A stretch of 64,000 nucleotides of DNA, taken from the NCBI GenBank assembly GCA_963717745.1, contig CAVQXJ010000025.1, positions 106,817 to 170,816 of the forward strand, written 5' to 3'. Position 1 is the stretch's first letter, and every line of letters begins with the position of its first letter. The position numbers and the translations under genes are program-made. Below, one piece after another: positions 1 to 12,051 of the stretch. The stretch is from an uncultured Acidobacteriota bacterium (GTDB taxonomy: Bacteria; Acidobacteriota; Vicinamibacteria; Vicinamibacterales; 2-12-FULL-66-21). A model generated the notes under the pieces. It was not told where the DNA came from. It ran no database searches and saw nothing but the letters and a program-made list of their open reading frames with translations.

Positions 1-998
1 TTCTTCAAGTACGGCACCCATTTCGTCGGCGTCGCGGGATCGATCCAGTAGACGATCGGCTTGACCGGCTCGGAGATCTCCGCCTTGGGATCCTTCTTCT
101 CGAGCCGCCAGCGGGTGATGTACCGGCGCTGCGGCGCGCGGTGCTCGTCCTGGCCGTAGTCGATTTTGCTGGTCGAGAAGTAGCCGACTCGCTCATCGAA
201 CAGCCGCGCCTGCATCGGCTTTTCCGGCAGCAGCACCATGCTGAAGTGCATCAGCACGGAGTGCGTGCCGGCGCGCAGCGGCGTGGCACCGCGTCCGCCG
301 GGCGCCGGCGGCGCGCCGCGGCCGCCGGCGGCGGGCTCCTGCGGCGGGTTGTTGTAGGTGTGGGTCGCTTCGACCTCGATGTTTTCCGGGAACGAGACGG
401 CGCGCTCGACGAACGATCGCGTCGCATCGAAGGCGCGGGCGCCGACCCGCGTACGTCCGCTGAACTCGGGCACGTCGGTGGTGAAGATCCGCGTCACGTC
501 GATGACCGCCGCATCGTCCTTGCCGAGCGCTTCGATGTTGAACGCCGCGACAATCGGGTTGTAGTTCGCCGCGTCCACCGCCTTGGCAATCGGGGTATTC
601 GGATCGGCGATGACGTCGTACGAGATCGCGCGCAGCAGGATCCGATCGCCGCGCCGCTCCCACTTGACGACGCGGTTGCCGGCCGCCTGACCGCCGTAGC
701 CGGCGCCGAGCGTGGTCTTGGCGATCTGGCTGACCCAGAGGAACTCGCGCCCGAGCCGGTCCTTGGGAATCTCGTAATAGATCCGGTCCTTGATGCGATG
801 GACCGTGAAGATGCCGTCGTCTGATTTGGCGTCCCTGGTGATGACCCGTTCGTACGGCCTGATTTCGGGCTCCGGAGCGCGGCCGCCCCGGCCGCCGCCT
901 TCCTGGCCCGCTCCCGCCGCCGGTGGATCCTGTGCGAATGCCGCACACGGCACGAGCACGCAGGCCAGCGCCCCGACAAACTTGCCAATATTGCCCAT
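1..998 (-). CDS. zinc-dependent metalloprotease, DUF5117/DUF4953-like (N-terminal part; gene runs off the window start)
   Basis: My own minus-strand translation starts at ATG (complement of 996-998) with a GGAGGAGG Shine-Dalgarno at 1003-1010. It reads [23 protein letters not shown] (signal peptide)...[33 protein letters not shown]...[18 protein letters not shown]... and stays open to position 1. It is absent from the ORF track because there is no stop in the window. The family call comes from recalled motif patterns. Confidence 0.65.
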   Translation of the reverse strand, partial: MGNIGKFVGALACVLVPCAAFAQDPPAAGAGQEGGGRGGRAPEPEIRPYERVITRDAKSDDGIFTVHRIKDRIYYEIPKDRLGREFLWVSQIAKTTLGAGYGGQAAGNRVVKWERRGDRILLRAISYDVIADPNTPIAKAVDAANYNPIVAAFNIEALGKDDAAVIDVTRIFTTDVPEFSGRTRVGARAFDATRSFVERAVSFPENIEVEATHTYNNPPQEPAAGGRGAPPAPGGRGATPLRAGTHSVLMHFSMVLLPEKPMQARLFDERVGYFSTSKIDYGQDEHRAPQRRYITRWRLEKKDPKAEISEPVKPIVYWIDPATPTKWVPYLK

Positions 999-1125
999 CC
1001 AGCCTCCTCCCGAATGCGGACTCTTATATCAGAAAGCAGCGGGCGGCCTTCGAACGCGGCTAGTCCCCTGGAAGCGATGCCGGGATTGCTCTCGAGCAAC
1101 GATCTGTTCTACGTTGCCGGATCAC

Positions 1126-1721
1126 ATGACACGCACCTTCGCGACCTGGACGCCGTCCGAGGCGCTGGCGCTGATGGCGCGGCCGGCCCGGGAATACCGC
1201 CGGCGCGTGGCGGAGTCGCGCGACGCCCCCTGGCGCCAGGCGCTGGCCATCCCTGGTCTGCTCGCCCTGCTGTTGGGCATCGTCACTTCGGCAGCGGCGA
1301 CTGGCCGCGTGGTCGCTTCGCTGGTGATCAGCCAGACCGTCTGCTGGAGCTTCGTGCCCGCGCTTCAACTGATGACCGGCTCCAGCCTGATTGGATCGGC
1401 GGGGCCGCGTCCGGTCTCGTTCGCTCGCGCAATCGAACTGCTCTTCGCGGCGCACGGCCCGTGGTCGCTCTGGCTGGTGGCGATCGCCGCGCTGCAGATG
1501 CTGACGCCGAATCAGAACATCGTTTTCGCGAGCATCTCGCGCCGGCGATGTGGACCGCCTGGATCCTGTTCGCCTACTCGCGCGAAGTATTGGCCCTGCC
1601 GCCGGGGCAAGCGTGGGTCCGGGTGATCGCGCACCAGGCTGCGACCGCGCTCTTGATCCTCACCTACATCGAGCTGGGGAGCCGGCTGTCGGTCCGGGTG
1701 ATCGGGCTGTTGCAGCGATGA
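1126..1721 (+). pseudogene. hypothetical polytopic membrane protein, apparent 1-nt frame shift near 1530-1550 (or two overlapping small ORFs)
   Basis: From ATG 1126 the frame of ORF 790..1626 reads MTRTFATWTPSEALALMARPAREYRRR...LLALLLGIVTSAAATGRVVASLVISQTVCWSFVPALQLMTG...WLVAIAALQMLTPNQNIVFASI, then turns Arg-rich. The hydrophobic continuation MWTAWILFAYSREVLALPPGQAWVRVIAHQAATALLILTYIELGSRLSVRVIGLLQR* is in the frame of ORF 1014..1721. Its TGA overlaps the next ATG (ATGA at 1718-1721). Confidence 0.45.
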
Positions 1722-2575
1722 CGCTGCCGCGCGCGCTCGGCGTCGTGCTGATCCTCTCCGGAATTGCCGGCGCCACCGTTCACGATCGCCAACCGTCCCG
1801 CGACATCCCTCGCGCCGGCGGCCGGTTCGTCCTCACCGCCGATTTCCATGTTCACGCTTTCTTCGGCGATGGCGGCGTGGCGCCGTGGGAACTGGCGGGT
1901 GAGGCGCGCCGGCGCGGCCTCGACGTGATCGCGATCACCAACCACAACCAGTTGTTCGCGGCCCGGCTGGCAGCGCGTCAGGCGTCGAGTCCGATCGTAA
2001 TGGCCGGCCAGGAAGTGACGGCGCCGCGGTTTCACATGGTGGCCGCCGGCATCCGGGAAGTCGTCGACTGGCGCCTGAGCGCGAGCGAGGCGATTCGCGC
2101 CATTCATGCCCAGGGCGGAGTGGCGATCGCCGCGCATCCGGTGCCGCAGTCGTGGGGGGCGGACGATCCGGCCGCGCTGGCCCTGCTGGATGGATCCGAA
2201 ACGGCGCACTCGGCGGCAATCCGATCCTCGCGGGCGCGTCGTGAGCTGGCGGAGTTTTTCCGCGGCGCCGCCGCACGCAATCCATCACTTGCGCCGATTG
2301 GGTCCTCGGACTTCCATTTCGGCGGCGGGCTGGGACAGTGCCGCACTTATGTGTTCGTCGATGAGATCAGCGAGGCTGGCGTGCTCGACGCCGTGCGGGC
2401 GGGAAGGACCGTTGCCTACGACGGGCACGGCCGTCTCACGGGCGATCCGGAACAGGTTCGCACCGTGGAATCGCTGATTGCGCAGCGTCCGCCCCCGGTC
2501 CGTGCCGACACCCTCTCGAGAATCGCGAGCTGGATCAGCCTGGCAGGCCTGTTCGTGCTGTTGCTGTTCCGCTAA
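1718..2575 (+). CDS. PHP-domain metal-dependent phosphoesterase (CehA/McbA-like), N-terminal membrane anchor or signal
   Basis: Internal ATG 1718 of ORF 1550..2575. Reads MTLPRALGVVLILSGIAG...FVLTADFHVHAFFGDGGVAPWELAGEARRRGLDVIAITNHNQ...GGVAIAAHP...GSSDFHF, which gives the His/Asp motifs typical of PHP domains. Confidence 0.75.
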   Translation: MTLPRALGVVLILSGIAGATVHDRQPSRDIPRAGGRFVLTADFHVHAFFGDGGVAPWELAGEARRRGLDVIAITNHNQLFAARLAARQASSPIVMAGQEVTAPRFHMVAAGIREVVDWRLSASEAIRAIHAQGGVAIAAHPVPQSWGADDPAALALLDGSETAHSAAIRSSRARRELAEFFRGAAARNPSLAPIGSSDFHFGGGLGQCRTYVFVDEISEAGVLDAVRAGRTVAYDGHGRLTGDPEQVRTVESLIAQRPPPVRADTLSRIASWISLAGLFVLLLFR

Positions 2576-2581
2576 AGAGAG

Positions 2582-2615
2582 AAAGGCCGGCCGGAGTTCC
2601 CTCCGGCCGGCCTTT
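2582..2615. terminator. bidirectional stem-loop terminator between the convergent PHP gene and groEL
   Basis: Perfect 15-bp stem AAAGGCCGGCCGGAG / CTCCGGCCGGCCTTT with a TTCC loop. It has an A-rich 5' flank and T residues on the 3' side, and lies between two convergent stop codons (2575 and 2650). Confidence 0.6.
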
Positions 2616-2649
2616 GGTGATCGCGGGTTCGCGGTTCGCGAATCCCGAA

Positions 2650-4620
<1,971 letters not shown>

Positions 4621-4786
4621 TCCATCTGACAGCGCGGAGTTGACCTCCGCGGTTTGAGCGGAACCGGCGGTTCCGCGGGACGAGCGGAGCCCTCGGCTCC
4701 GCAGCTTCAGCGGGGCCAGACGGCCCCGGGCATCGAACGAAAGTCGTTGTAAATACGGTGTAAGCCGGCCGCGGAGCCACTGTCTT

Positions 4787-4813
4787 TTAGCAATCCGCGT
4801 GACCGACTGCTAA
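4787..4813. promoter_or_regulatory. CIRCE (HrcA operator) inverted repeat
   Basis: TTAGCAATC-N9-GACTGCTAA against the consensus TTAGCACTC-N9-GAGTGCTAA (8/9 in each half). It sits directly downstream of the predicted groES -10 box. Confidence 0.7.
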
Positions 4814-4840
4814 TTCTATAGAACGCACCGCGGTTGTCAA
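4813..4840 (-). promoter_or_regulatory. sigma70-type groESL promoter (TTGACA-N16-TAGAAT)
   Basis: The minus strand reads cTTGACAaccgcggtgcgttctaTAGAATtagcagtc. The -35 is the complement of 4835-4840 and the -10 is the complement of 4813-4818. The promoter is bracketed by the two CIRCE-like repeats. Confidence 0.6.
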
Positions 4841-4864
4841 GCAGTCGGAGGGTGGGAGTGCTAA
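4838..4864. promoter_or_regulatory. second, degenerate CIRCE-like repeat overlapping the -35 box
   Basis: CAAGCAGTC-N9-GAGTGCTAA. The right half is a perfect 9/9 match and the left half is 6/9. Confidence 0.35.
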
Positions 4865-5031
4865 ATCCCAAGCTCCAAGCTCCAAATCCCAACCACTCCC
4901 AACTACCAAATCCCAACCACAAATCCCAACTCCCAATTCCAACTCCCAACGGTGTTGGGGAGTGGCGGTCTTGTTTGGAGCTTGGGATTTGGGAGTGGTT
5001 GGGATTTGGAGCTTGGGATTTGGGATTTGAC
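4862..5031. repeat. family-A armed hairpin element, copy A1 (TCCCAA/GCTCCA units)
   Basis: Left arm: AAATCCCAAGCTCCAAGCTCCAAATCCCAACCACTCCCAA... Right arm: ...TTGGGAGTGGTTGGGATTTGGAGCTTGGGATTTGGGATTTGAC. The last ~50 nt are identical to copy A2. The element ends 6 nt from the stop of the Fis-type gene. Confidence 0.75.
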
Positions 5032-5036
5032 GATCT

Positions 5037-5243
5037 CTAACGACTCTTAATCCTGTATTGGCTCATCTTGCGGGTGACGGTGTTGCGGTGCAGGCCGAGC
5101 AGCTCAGCTGCTTCGCCGACGCCGCCGCTCGATCGCTCGAGGGCGCGGGTGATGAACACCTTTTCGAACTCCCGCCGGGCGTCGTCGTAGCGGACGCCGC
5201 GATCGAGCATCTGGCGCACGAGGCTTTCGAGCTGATCACGCAC
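5037..5243 (-). CDS. small Fis-type helix-turn-helix DNA-binding protein
   Basis: 68 aa with C-terminal GGVGEAAELLGLHRNTVTRKMSQYRI, a typical Fis/NtrC-type HTH. Confidence 0.7.
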   Translation of the reverse strand: MRDQLESLVRQMLDRGVRYDDARREFEKVFITRALERSSGGVGEAAELLGLHRNTVTRKMSQYRIKSR

Positions 5244-5252
5244 GAGCGGCGG

Positions 5253-6149
5253 CTACTGGAGCTCGGCGCCCGACAGCAGGCGGAAAGCTTCGACGTACTT
5301 CTCGCGCGTGCGGCGCACCACGTCGTCGGGCAGCGAGGGTACCGGCGGCTGCTTGTTCCACTTGATCTCTTCGAGGTAGTCGCGGACGTACTGTTTGTCG
5401 AAGCTCGGTTGGCCATGGCCAGGCTCGTAGGCGGCTTGCGGCCAGAAGCGTGAGGAGTCGGGGGTGAGGACTTCGTCGATGAGGATGATCTCACCGTCCG
5501 CCAAGCCAAACTCGAACTTCGTGTCGGCGATGATGATCCCCTTCGACTCGGCGTGCGCGACGCCGCGGCGATAGATCTCCAGCGTCAACGCTTTCAGCCG
5601 CGCGATCAGATCGGCCCCGACCAGCCGGCCGGCTTCTTCCTCGCTGATGTTCACATCGTGGCCGCTCTCGGCTTTGGTGGCCGGCGTGAAAATCGGTTCG
5701 GGCAGGCGATCGGATTCACGCAGGCCCGCCGGCAGCGTGATGCCGCAGACCTGCCCGGTCTGCTGATATTCCTTCCAGCCCGATCCCGACAAGTAGCCGC
5801 GCGCCACGCATTCGATCGGCACCGGCTCGGTGCGGCGGACCAGCATGGTCCGGCCCCGCAGCTGATCCGCGTGCTTGCGGGCGGCCTCAGGGAACGCGTC
5901 CACGTCCATCGAGATCAGGTGATGCGGGACGAGATCATCCATGCGACCGAACCAGAAGCCGGAGAGCTGCGTGAGCACGCGCCCCTTGTCCGGGATGCCC
6001 GACCCCAGCACGTAGTCGAAGGCCGAGATCCGGTCGGTGGTGACGATGAGCAGTTGATCGCCGATCTCGTAGACGTCGCGCACTTTGCCGCGGCGGTGGA
6101 GCGTCAGGCCATCGAGATCGGTGTGGAGGAGCGGTGCCGTGAATAACAA
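5253..6149 (-). CDS. purC: phosphoribosylaminoimidazole-succinocarboxamide (SAICAR) synthase
   Basis: 298 aa with GKVRDVYEIGDQLLIVTTDRISAFD...ECVARGYLSGSGWKEY...IADTKFEFG...LIDEVLTPDSSRFW, which are hallmark PurC motifs. Confidence 0.93.
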   Translation of the reverse strand: MLFTAPLLHTDLDGLTLHRRGKVRDVYEIGDQLLIVTTDRISAFDYVLGSGIPDKGRVLTQLSGFWFGRMDDLVPHHLISMDVDAFPEAARKHADQLRGRTMLVRRTEPVPIECVARGYLSGSGWKEYQQTGQVCGITLPAGLRESDRLPEPIFTPATKAESGHDVNISEEEAGRLVGADLIARLKALTLEIYRRGVAHAESKGIIIADTKFEFGLADGEIILIDEVLTPDSSRFWPQAAYEPGHGQPSFDKQYVRDYLEEIKWNKQPPVPSLPDDVVRRTREKYVEAFRLLSGAELQ

Positions 6150-6212
6150 GGTGGGCCTCTGAAAGACACGGAAGCTTACACGTGCTCGCGGCTCCGTGCA
6201 ACGTGCGGCGTA

Positions 6213-7406
6213 CTACTTTGTTTTTTCTTTCTCGAGCTTGTCGGCTGTGGGTGGGTCGGTGGTTTCCCGGGCCTGACGATCGGGGCCGCGGAGCACGAGG
6301 TCGGCGCGGGTGGACCGCACCGTGAGGGTCGGACCACCGCCTTTGACCTGGCCGCTGATGCGGGTTTCGTTCTTCTCGCCGGCCCGGTTGATCTTGAGGC
6401 CGAGCTCTTCCACGAGATCATCGGGAGTGACCCGGCCGTCCATCACCAGCGCGTCGAGCGTGAAGCCGGCGGGTGGCGGCGTGAGCACGACCCGTTCGCC
6501 CTCGTTGTAGATCTCGACCGGCGCCGCGGCTGCCATCACAACCGTGAGCTCGGCGTTCCGCACCTCGATGCGCGCCTCCGACCGCAGTCCCCTCATCGAG
6601 ATCTCGCCGCCGTTGGCGTTCACGCGGATCGGCCCGCGGGTCATCTCGAGATTGTCGAGCGTCAGGTCGACGTTCCGGGTCTCGACGTCGAGCTTCCCGG
6701 TCAGCCTGGCGGCCTCGAGCTCGCCCCCTTGCTCCATCTTGATCGCGGTATCGCCGCGCACCCCCTTCAGATTCACCGAGCCCGACCGACCGTTGAACTC
6801 CAGCGATCCGACATCCTCGATCGTCACTTCGCCGCCGCGGTGGGTGATCTCGACCCGTCCAGCGATTTGTCGGATGACGGCCTCGCCGCGCATCGACGTG
6901 ATCTCGACCGAGCCGACGTTCTTGACCGCCACCGTGCCCCCACCCGGCTCGATGCGGATGTGGAGGCGGGCCGGGACCTTGATCTTCAGGGTGCCGCGCT
7001 GCCGTCCGCCCTGGGGAAACTCCATCCGGAAAATCAGCGCCGAGGCGGTCTGGTCGGCGAGCAGCTTCGACTGGCGGATGTGTTCCTTCGCCTCCGCTTC
7101 GTCATAGCCGTTCGAGTGCACGAACAACGTGCTCTCGACGTCGGCCCGGTTCTCGCCGGTGACTTCGACTTCGGAGATCGGCCCGGTAATCCGGAGCTCG
7201 GTCAGCTCCGCCGGCAGCTTGTGGATCGTGGTGGTGGTGAGCTCTGCCGAGGCGCGATTGCCGCGGACTTCGCGGCGCGCTGCCTCGAGAAAACGGCCGA
7301 ACGAGAAGCCGCGCTGTCCCGGTCCTGGTTCGGGCGCGGTCACGTGATAGACCGCCGCCCCGACCATCACGAAACAGACGATGAGCAGTAACTCACGCTT
7401 GCCCAT
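6213..7406 (-). CDS. DUF4097-like beta-strand repeat protein (putative adhesin fold), N-terminal TM anchor
   Basis: ORF 6213..7460. The likely start is MGKRELLLIVCFVMVGAAVY (ATG complement of 7404-7406). It contains reiterated G-x-V-x-I/V-x segments such as GSVEITSMRGEAVIRQIAGRVEITHRGGEVTIEDVGSLEF. Confidence 0.65.
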   Translation of the reverse strand: MGKRELLLIVCFVMVGAAVYHVTAPEPGPGQRGFSFGRFLEAARREVRGNRASAELTTTTIHKLPAELTELRITGPISEVEVTGENRADVESTLFVHSNGYDEAEAKEHIRQSKLLADQTASALIFRMEFPQGGRQRGTLKIKVPARLHIRIEPGGGTVAVKNVGSVEITSMRGEAVIRQIAGRVEITHRGGEVTIEDVGSLEFNGRSGSVNLKGVRGDTAIKMEQGGELEAARLTGKLDVETRNVDLTLDNLEMTRGPIRVNANGGEISMRGLRSEARIEVRNAELTVVMAAAAPVEIYNEGERVVLTPPPAGFTLDALVMDGRVTPDDLVEELGLKINRAGEKNETRISGQVKGGGPTLTVRSTRADLVLRGPDRQARETTDPPTADKLEKEKTK

Positions 7407-7490
7407 AGACTTGGCGACGCTCCCCGTAGTAGAGTTCGCCGGGAGCGCGCCCTCGCACATCCCGGTTCCTGATCCCGACAGTCTTAACGC

Positions 7491-8507
7491 ATGCCGTCAC
7501 GCGTCCGCACGGTTCTGATCCTGCTGCTCACCATTGGTCTGCTGGGGTATTTCCTTCGGAACGCCGACATGTCGCAAGTCTGGGCCGAGATTCGCCGCGC
7601 CCGGCCGTCGCTGCTCGTCGGCGCCGTGCTCATCACCGGTCTGACCTACGTCCTTCGCGCGCTCCGCTGGCAATACGTCCTGGCGCCGCTCGGAGTGACC
7701 CACTTCTCGAACGCATTTCGCGCCACGGTTATCGGCTTTGCCGCGACCTTTCTGCTGCCGGCGCGCGCCGGCGAAGTGATCCGGCCGCTGCTGCTCGCCC
7801 GGCGCGAAGGCCTGCCGGCCACCGCGACCTTTGCCACCATCATCCTCGAACGGCTGATGGATATGGTGACCGTGCTCCTGCTCTTCGCCGTATTCGTCCT
7901 GACGGCCGATCCTGCCACGATGTCGGCGCACCCGGCGCACCTGGCGCGCGTCAAGGCCGGGGGACTGCTCGCGGCCGCCGCCGCCGCCGTCGCCCTGACC
8001 GTCGCGTTCGTGGCCGCCGGCCACCCGGAACGGCTCGGGCGCTGGGCGCTGCGCATCGAACGAGTGCTGCCCGCGAAGCTGGCGAGGATGGTCGCGACGT
8101 TCGTGGAGTCGTTTACGCAGGGACTCGGAGTGATGCGTCAACCACGCCGCCTGCTGGTCTCGCTCGCGCTGTCGATCCCGCTCTGGCTGTCGATCGCGGC
8201 CGGCATCTGGCTGACGTCGCTGGCCTTTCATATTACGTTGCCCTATGTGGGTTCGTTCCTGGTGATGACGATTCTGGTTGTCGGGGTGGCGATGCCGACT
8301 CCCGGCGCGGTCGGCGGCTTTCACGCCGCCTACCAGATCGGCGTGCAGTCCTTTTTCGGGGCGCCCGACGACCGCGCCATCGGGGCGGCGATCGTGCTGC
8401 ACGCGGTGTCGTTCGTGCCGGTCACCCTGCTCGGCTTGTATTTCATGGCCCGCGACGGCCTGTCCCTGTCGCGGGCCCAGGCGCTGGCCACCGCGAGGCC
8501 TGCCTGA
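7491..8507 (+). CDS. flippase-like / lysylphosphatidylglycerol-synthase TM-domain family membrane protein (UPF0104)
   Basis: 338-aa polytopic protein with [10 protein letters not shown]...[23 protein letters not shown]..., the pattern of the LPG_synthase_TM family. Confidence 0.7.
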   Translation: MPSRVRTVLILLLTIGLLGYFLRNADMSQVWAEIRRARPSLLVGAVLITGLTYVLRALRWQYVLAPLGVTHFSNAFRATVIGFAATFLLPARAGEVIRPLLLARREGLPATATFATIILERLMDMVTVLLLFAVFVLTADPATMSAHPAHLARVKAGGLLAAAAAAVALTVAFVAAGHPERLGRWALRIERVLPAKLARMVATFVESFTQGLGVMRQPRRLLVSLALSIPLWLSIAAGIWLTSLAFHITLPYVGSFLVMTILVVGVAMPTPGAVGGFHAAYQIGVQSFFGAPDDRAIGAAIVLHAVSFVPVTLLGLYFMARDGLSLSRAQALATARPA

Positions 8508-8965
8508 TGAAATGTCCCTATTGCGCCCACCTCGGCGACAAGGTCGTGGACTCGCGCGAGAGCAAGGAAGGCGAGGTGATCCGCAGGCGCCGCGAATGCC
8601 TCGGGTGCGGCCGCCGCTTCACCAGCTACGAGCGAATCGACGAGATTCCGTATATGGTCGTCAAGAAGGACGGCAGCCGCGAGCGGTTCGAGCGGCAGAA
8701 ACTGCTTGCGGGATTGCTCAAGGCGTGCGAAAAACGTCCGGTCAGCGTCGCGTCGCTCGAGGCCGTGGCCGACCGGGTGGAATCGGCGCTCCAGGACAAG
8801 GCCGAACGCGAGATGAGCACGGAGGAGGTCGGGGCGTTCGTGATGAACGAGCTCCGGCACCTGGACAAGGTCGCGTACGTCCGGTTTGCCTCGGTGTACC
8901 GCCACTTCCGGGACATCGGCGAATTCATGACGGAGCTCAAAGATCTCCTCAATGCCAAGGAATGA
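8507..8965 (+). CDS. nrdR: transcriptional repressor NrdR
   Basis: [46 protein letters not shown]... gives a zinc ribbon plus an ATP-cone. Confidence 0.95.
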   Translation: MKCPYCAHLGDKVVDSRESKEGEVIRRRRECLGCGRRFTSYERIDEIPYMVVKKDGSRERFERQKLLAGLLKACEKRPVSVASLEAVADRVESALQDKAEREMSTEEVGAFVMNELRHLDKVAYVRFASVYRHFRDIGEFMTELKDLLNAKE

Positions 8966-8996
8966 CCGGCTCGATGCAAAAGAGTGACGGGGGACG

Positions 8997-9534
8997 ATGA
9001 AGCGGGCGCTGATCTGCGGCATCGTGCTGCTGGCCGTTCAAGCTCTCGTTCACGCCGCCCAGGCGATCCAGGTGACGCCGCTGGTGCGCGACGGGCGCGT
9101 GTTGCGTGTCGTTCCAGTTGTCCGATGCCTTCGACAACGAGGACATCCGGGCCGCAGTGCACAGCGGCCTGCCCATCACGTTCATCTATGACGTCGAGCT
9201 TCGCCGCGGCGCCGCCGTCTGGCTCGACCGCACCCTCGAGTCATCAACGGTCAGCGCGGGGGTCCGGTACGACAATCTGGCGCGCCGGTATCACGTGACG
9301 CTCAGCGCCGACGGCCGCCTCGAAGCGTCGCGGACCCTCGATCGGGAGGACCTGGTTCGCGAGTGGCTCACCCGGTTCGATCGGCTCGACCTGTTCCACC
9401 GCGCCAGGCTCGAGCCGAATGCCGAGTACTACGTGCGCGTCCGCGCGCGCACCATGCCGCGCAACGCCTCGTTCGTCTGGCCCTGGCAGGGGACCGACGT
9501 GGCCGGCCTGGCCAAGTTCACCTTTCTGCGCTGA
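8997..9534 (+). pseudogene. DUF4390-domain protein, one extra base near 9103-9106
   Basis: ORF 8997..9191 (signal peptide, ...VTPLVRDGRVL) continues in ORF 9106..9534 (VSFQLSDAFDNEDIRAAVHSGLPITFIYDVELRR...). The junction is cgcgtgttg-c-gtgtcgttccag. Confidence 0.65.
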
Positions 9535-9541
9535 CGCGAGG

Positions 9542-9726
9542 AATCGCCAAAATTGCCAAAAGTGCCAACCTTGCCAAAATTGGGGGGATGTTCGACGAGA
9601 TAGCCACGACGGCCGAACCGGATGGTCACGGGCGTTCGAGGCGGTCTTCGGTCGGCGTCCGTGGCACGTAGCGGCGGAACACCCCCAAATTTTGGCAATC
9701 GTGGCACTTTTGGCATTCTTGGCAAT
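9542..9726. repeat. family-B armed hairpin element, copy B1 (GCCAA nonamer units)
   Basis: The left arm AATCGCCAAAATTGCCAAAAGTGCCAACCTTGCCAAAATTGGGGGG pairs with the right arm CCCCCAAATTTTGGCAATCGTGGCACTTTTGGCATTCTTGGCAAT. The centre is itself an extended hairpin. The element starts 8 nt after the DUF4390 stop and ends 5 nt before the kinase ATG. Confidence 0.8.
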
Positions 9727-9731
9727 CCCTG

Positions 9732-12030
9732 ATGGCCACCACCCTGCGTGACGTCCGGCCGGCGGCGCTGCCCGAGCCGCCGCGTGCCGCCGGGCAGGTC
9801 CCGGCCCGCCGGCCGTTCCGCGACAACCCCCGCCTGATCCTGCTCGGGATCGTGATCCTGCTGGTGGCGCTGGTCGCGATGGTCACCCTCGCCGACCGCG
9901 CGCCCGACTTCAATCCGAACTTCCTCACCGAGGTGCTGCTCTATGCACTCTCGGCCGCGGATCTGATGATGCTGCTGGCGCTGGGCTTCGTGCTGGCCCG
10001 CAACATCGTCAAGCTGGTCGTCGAGCGCCGGCGCGGTCTGCCGTTCTCGCGGTTCCGCGCCAAGCTGGTCGGCGCGCTGCTCGGCCTCACGATCATTCCG
10101 GCGTTGCTCGTCCTGCTGGTCGGCGGCGAGCTGATCCGCAGCAGCACCCGGAAGTGGGTGAGCCAGCCGGTCGACGCCGTGCTCACGTCGGCCCGCCAGA
10201 TCGCGAACGAGTACTACCGCGAGCGCGAGGACGAGGTGGTCCAGCGCGCCGCCGCGGTCGCGCGCGCCTTGCCGCCGGCGCTGGTCAAGGACGGCGCGTC
10301 GGAGGCGGTCCGGCGGCTGATCGAAGGGGGCATGACCGCGGCGCCGGTGCGCCGGGTCGAGGTGTATCGCGTCAGCGGCAACGCGGCGCCGGTCCTCGTC
10401 GCGGTCGTCGATCCGCGCCCGGGCCGCAGCGAATCGAATAGCGCCAGCGAAGGCTTCGTCTCGCGGGTCATGCGCGGAAGTGGGAACACGGCGCACGAAT
10501 CGCTCGCCGGTGGCGGCGAGCTGGTGCAGGCCGGCTCGCTCATTGTCGATCCCGGATCGAATCAGCCGGTCGGCGTGGTCATTGCCAGCGAGGAGCTGAC
10601 CGGGGCGCTGGCGACTGAATCGCGGAAAATCATCGGCGCGTACGAGAACTACACGCGTCTGCGGGTGATGACGCGTCCGCTGCAGGGCATGTACCTGTCG
10701 CTCTTCCTGATGATGACGTTGATGATTCTCGTCAGCGCCACCTGGATGGGCCTGTACCTGGCCAAGCGCATCACGCGGCCGGTCCACATGCTGGCGCAGG
10801 GCGCGCGCGAGATTGGCGCCGGCCACCTCGATCACCGCATCGAACCCGAGACCCGGGACGAATTCGGCGCGCTGATCGAGGCCTTCAACTCGATGGCGGG
10901 GGAGCTGGCGACCGGGCAGCGAACGCTGGAGCGCTCCCGGCTCGATCTCGAGCGCAAGAACCTCGAGCTCGAGGAACGGCGCCGCTACATCGAGACCGTC
11001 CTGGAGCGCATCGCCACCGGCGTGGTGTCGATCGGCGCGGACGGCCGCATCGAGACGGTCAACGGCGCGGCGCTGCGGCTCCTCGCGGTCGATCGCGGCG
11101 TGGTCGGCACGCTGGCGGCTGAAGTGTTCGATCGCGCCGATCTGCAGCCGCTCGGCGGGCTGCTGCGTCAGGCGCACGCCGGGGCCGGTCACGCCGCGCA
11201 CGAGGTCGCGATGGTCCGCGAGGGACGTGAGCTGCACCTGGCATCCGCCGCCACCGCCCTTCAGCGCGAGGACGGCAGCGTCGAAGGCGCGGTGCTGGTG
11301 TTCGACGACGTCACCCCGCTGATCCGGACGCAGCGCGTCGCCGCCTGGCGGGACGTGGCGCGCCGGCTGGCGCACGAGATCAAGAATCCGCTGACCCCGA
11401 TCCAGTTGTGCGCCGAACGGATGCGGCGGCACTTCATGACCGCCCCGGCGGCGGCGCGGGAGCTCGTCGACGAGTGCACCACGACCATCGTCGGCGAAGT
11501 GGAGTCGCTGAAGGGCCTGGTCGACGAGTTCGCGCATTTCGCGCGGATGCCGGCGCCGAAGGCGGTGCCGGAAGACCTGCACCGGATGCTGACCGAGGTG
11601 CTCGCGCTCTACAACGGGCTGTTCCAACGACATCCGCATCGACCGGAGGTTCGACGACGGCCTGCCGCCGGTGCGGATCGACGTCGAACAGATTCGGCGG
11701 GTCATCATCAACCTGGTCGACAACGCGGTCGAAGCGCTCGGCGGCAGCGCCGCCCGGCGCCCGCCGGCGGATCCGGCCGCGGCCATCACGGTCGAGACCC
11801 GCCACGACCCGGCGCAGGGGGTGGCGCGGATCGTGGTCGCCGACAACGGCCCCGGCATCTCCGCGGCCGATCGCGACAAGCTGTTCATGCCGTACTACTC
11901 GACCAAGGGACGAGGCAGCGGTCTCGGCCTCGCCATCGTCCGCCGGATCGTCGTCGAGCACGGCGGCAGCATCGAAGTGCACGACAATCAGCCGGCCGGC
12001 ACGCGCTTCGTGATCGAGTTGCCGCTGTGA
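9732..12030 (+). pseudogene. NtrY-like sensor histidine kinase (TM-HAMP-PAS-HisKA-HATPase), one extra base near 11625-11632
   Basis: ORF 9732.. carries the TM segments, HAMP, PAS and the H-box (RLAHEIKNPLTPIQL), up to ...LALYNGLFQ. ORF 11671..12030 carries the N/G boxes (VIINLVDNAVEAL...ADNGPGI...YYSTKGRGSGLGLAIVRRIV). The linking residues DIRIDRRFDDGLPPVRID read in the second frame. Confidence 0.85.
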
Positions 12031-12051
12031 TGAGAGTTGACCGGCTTTACC

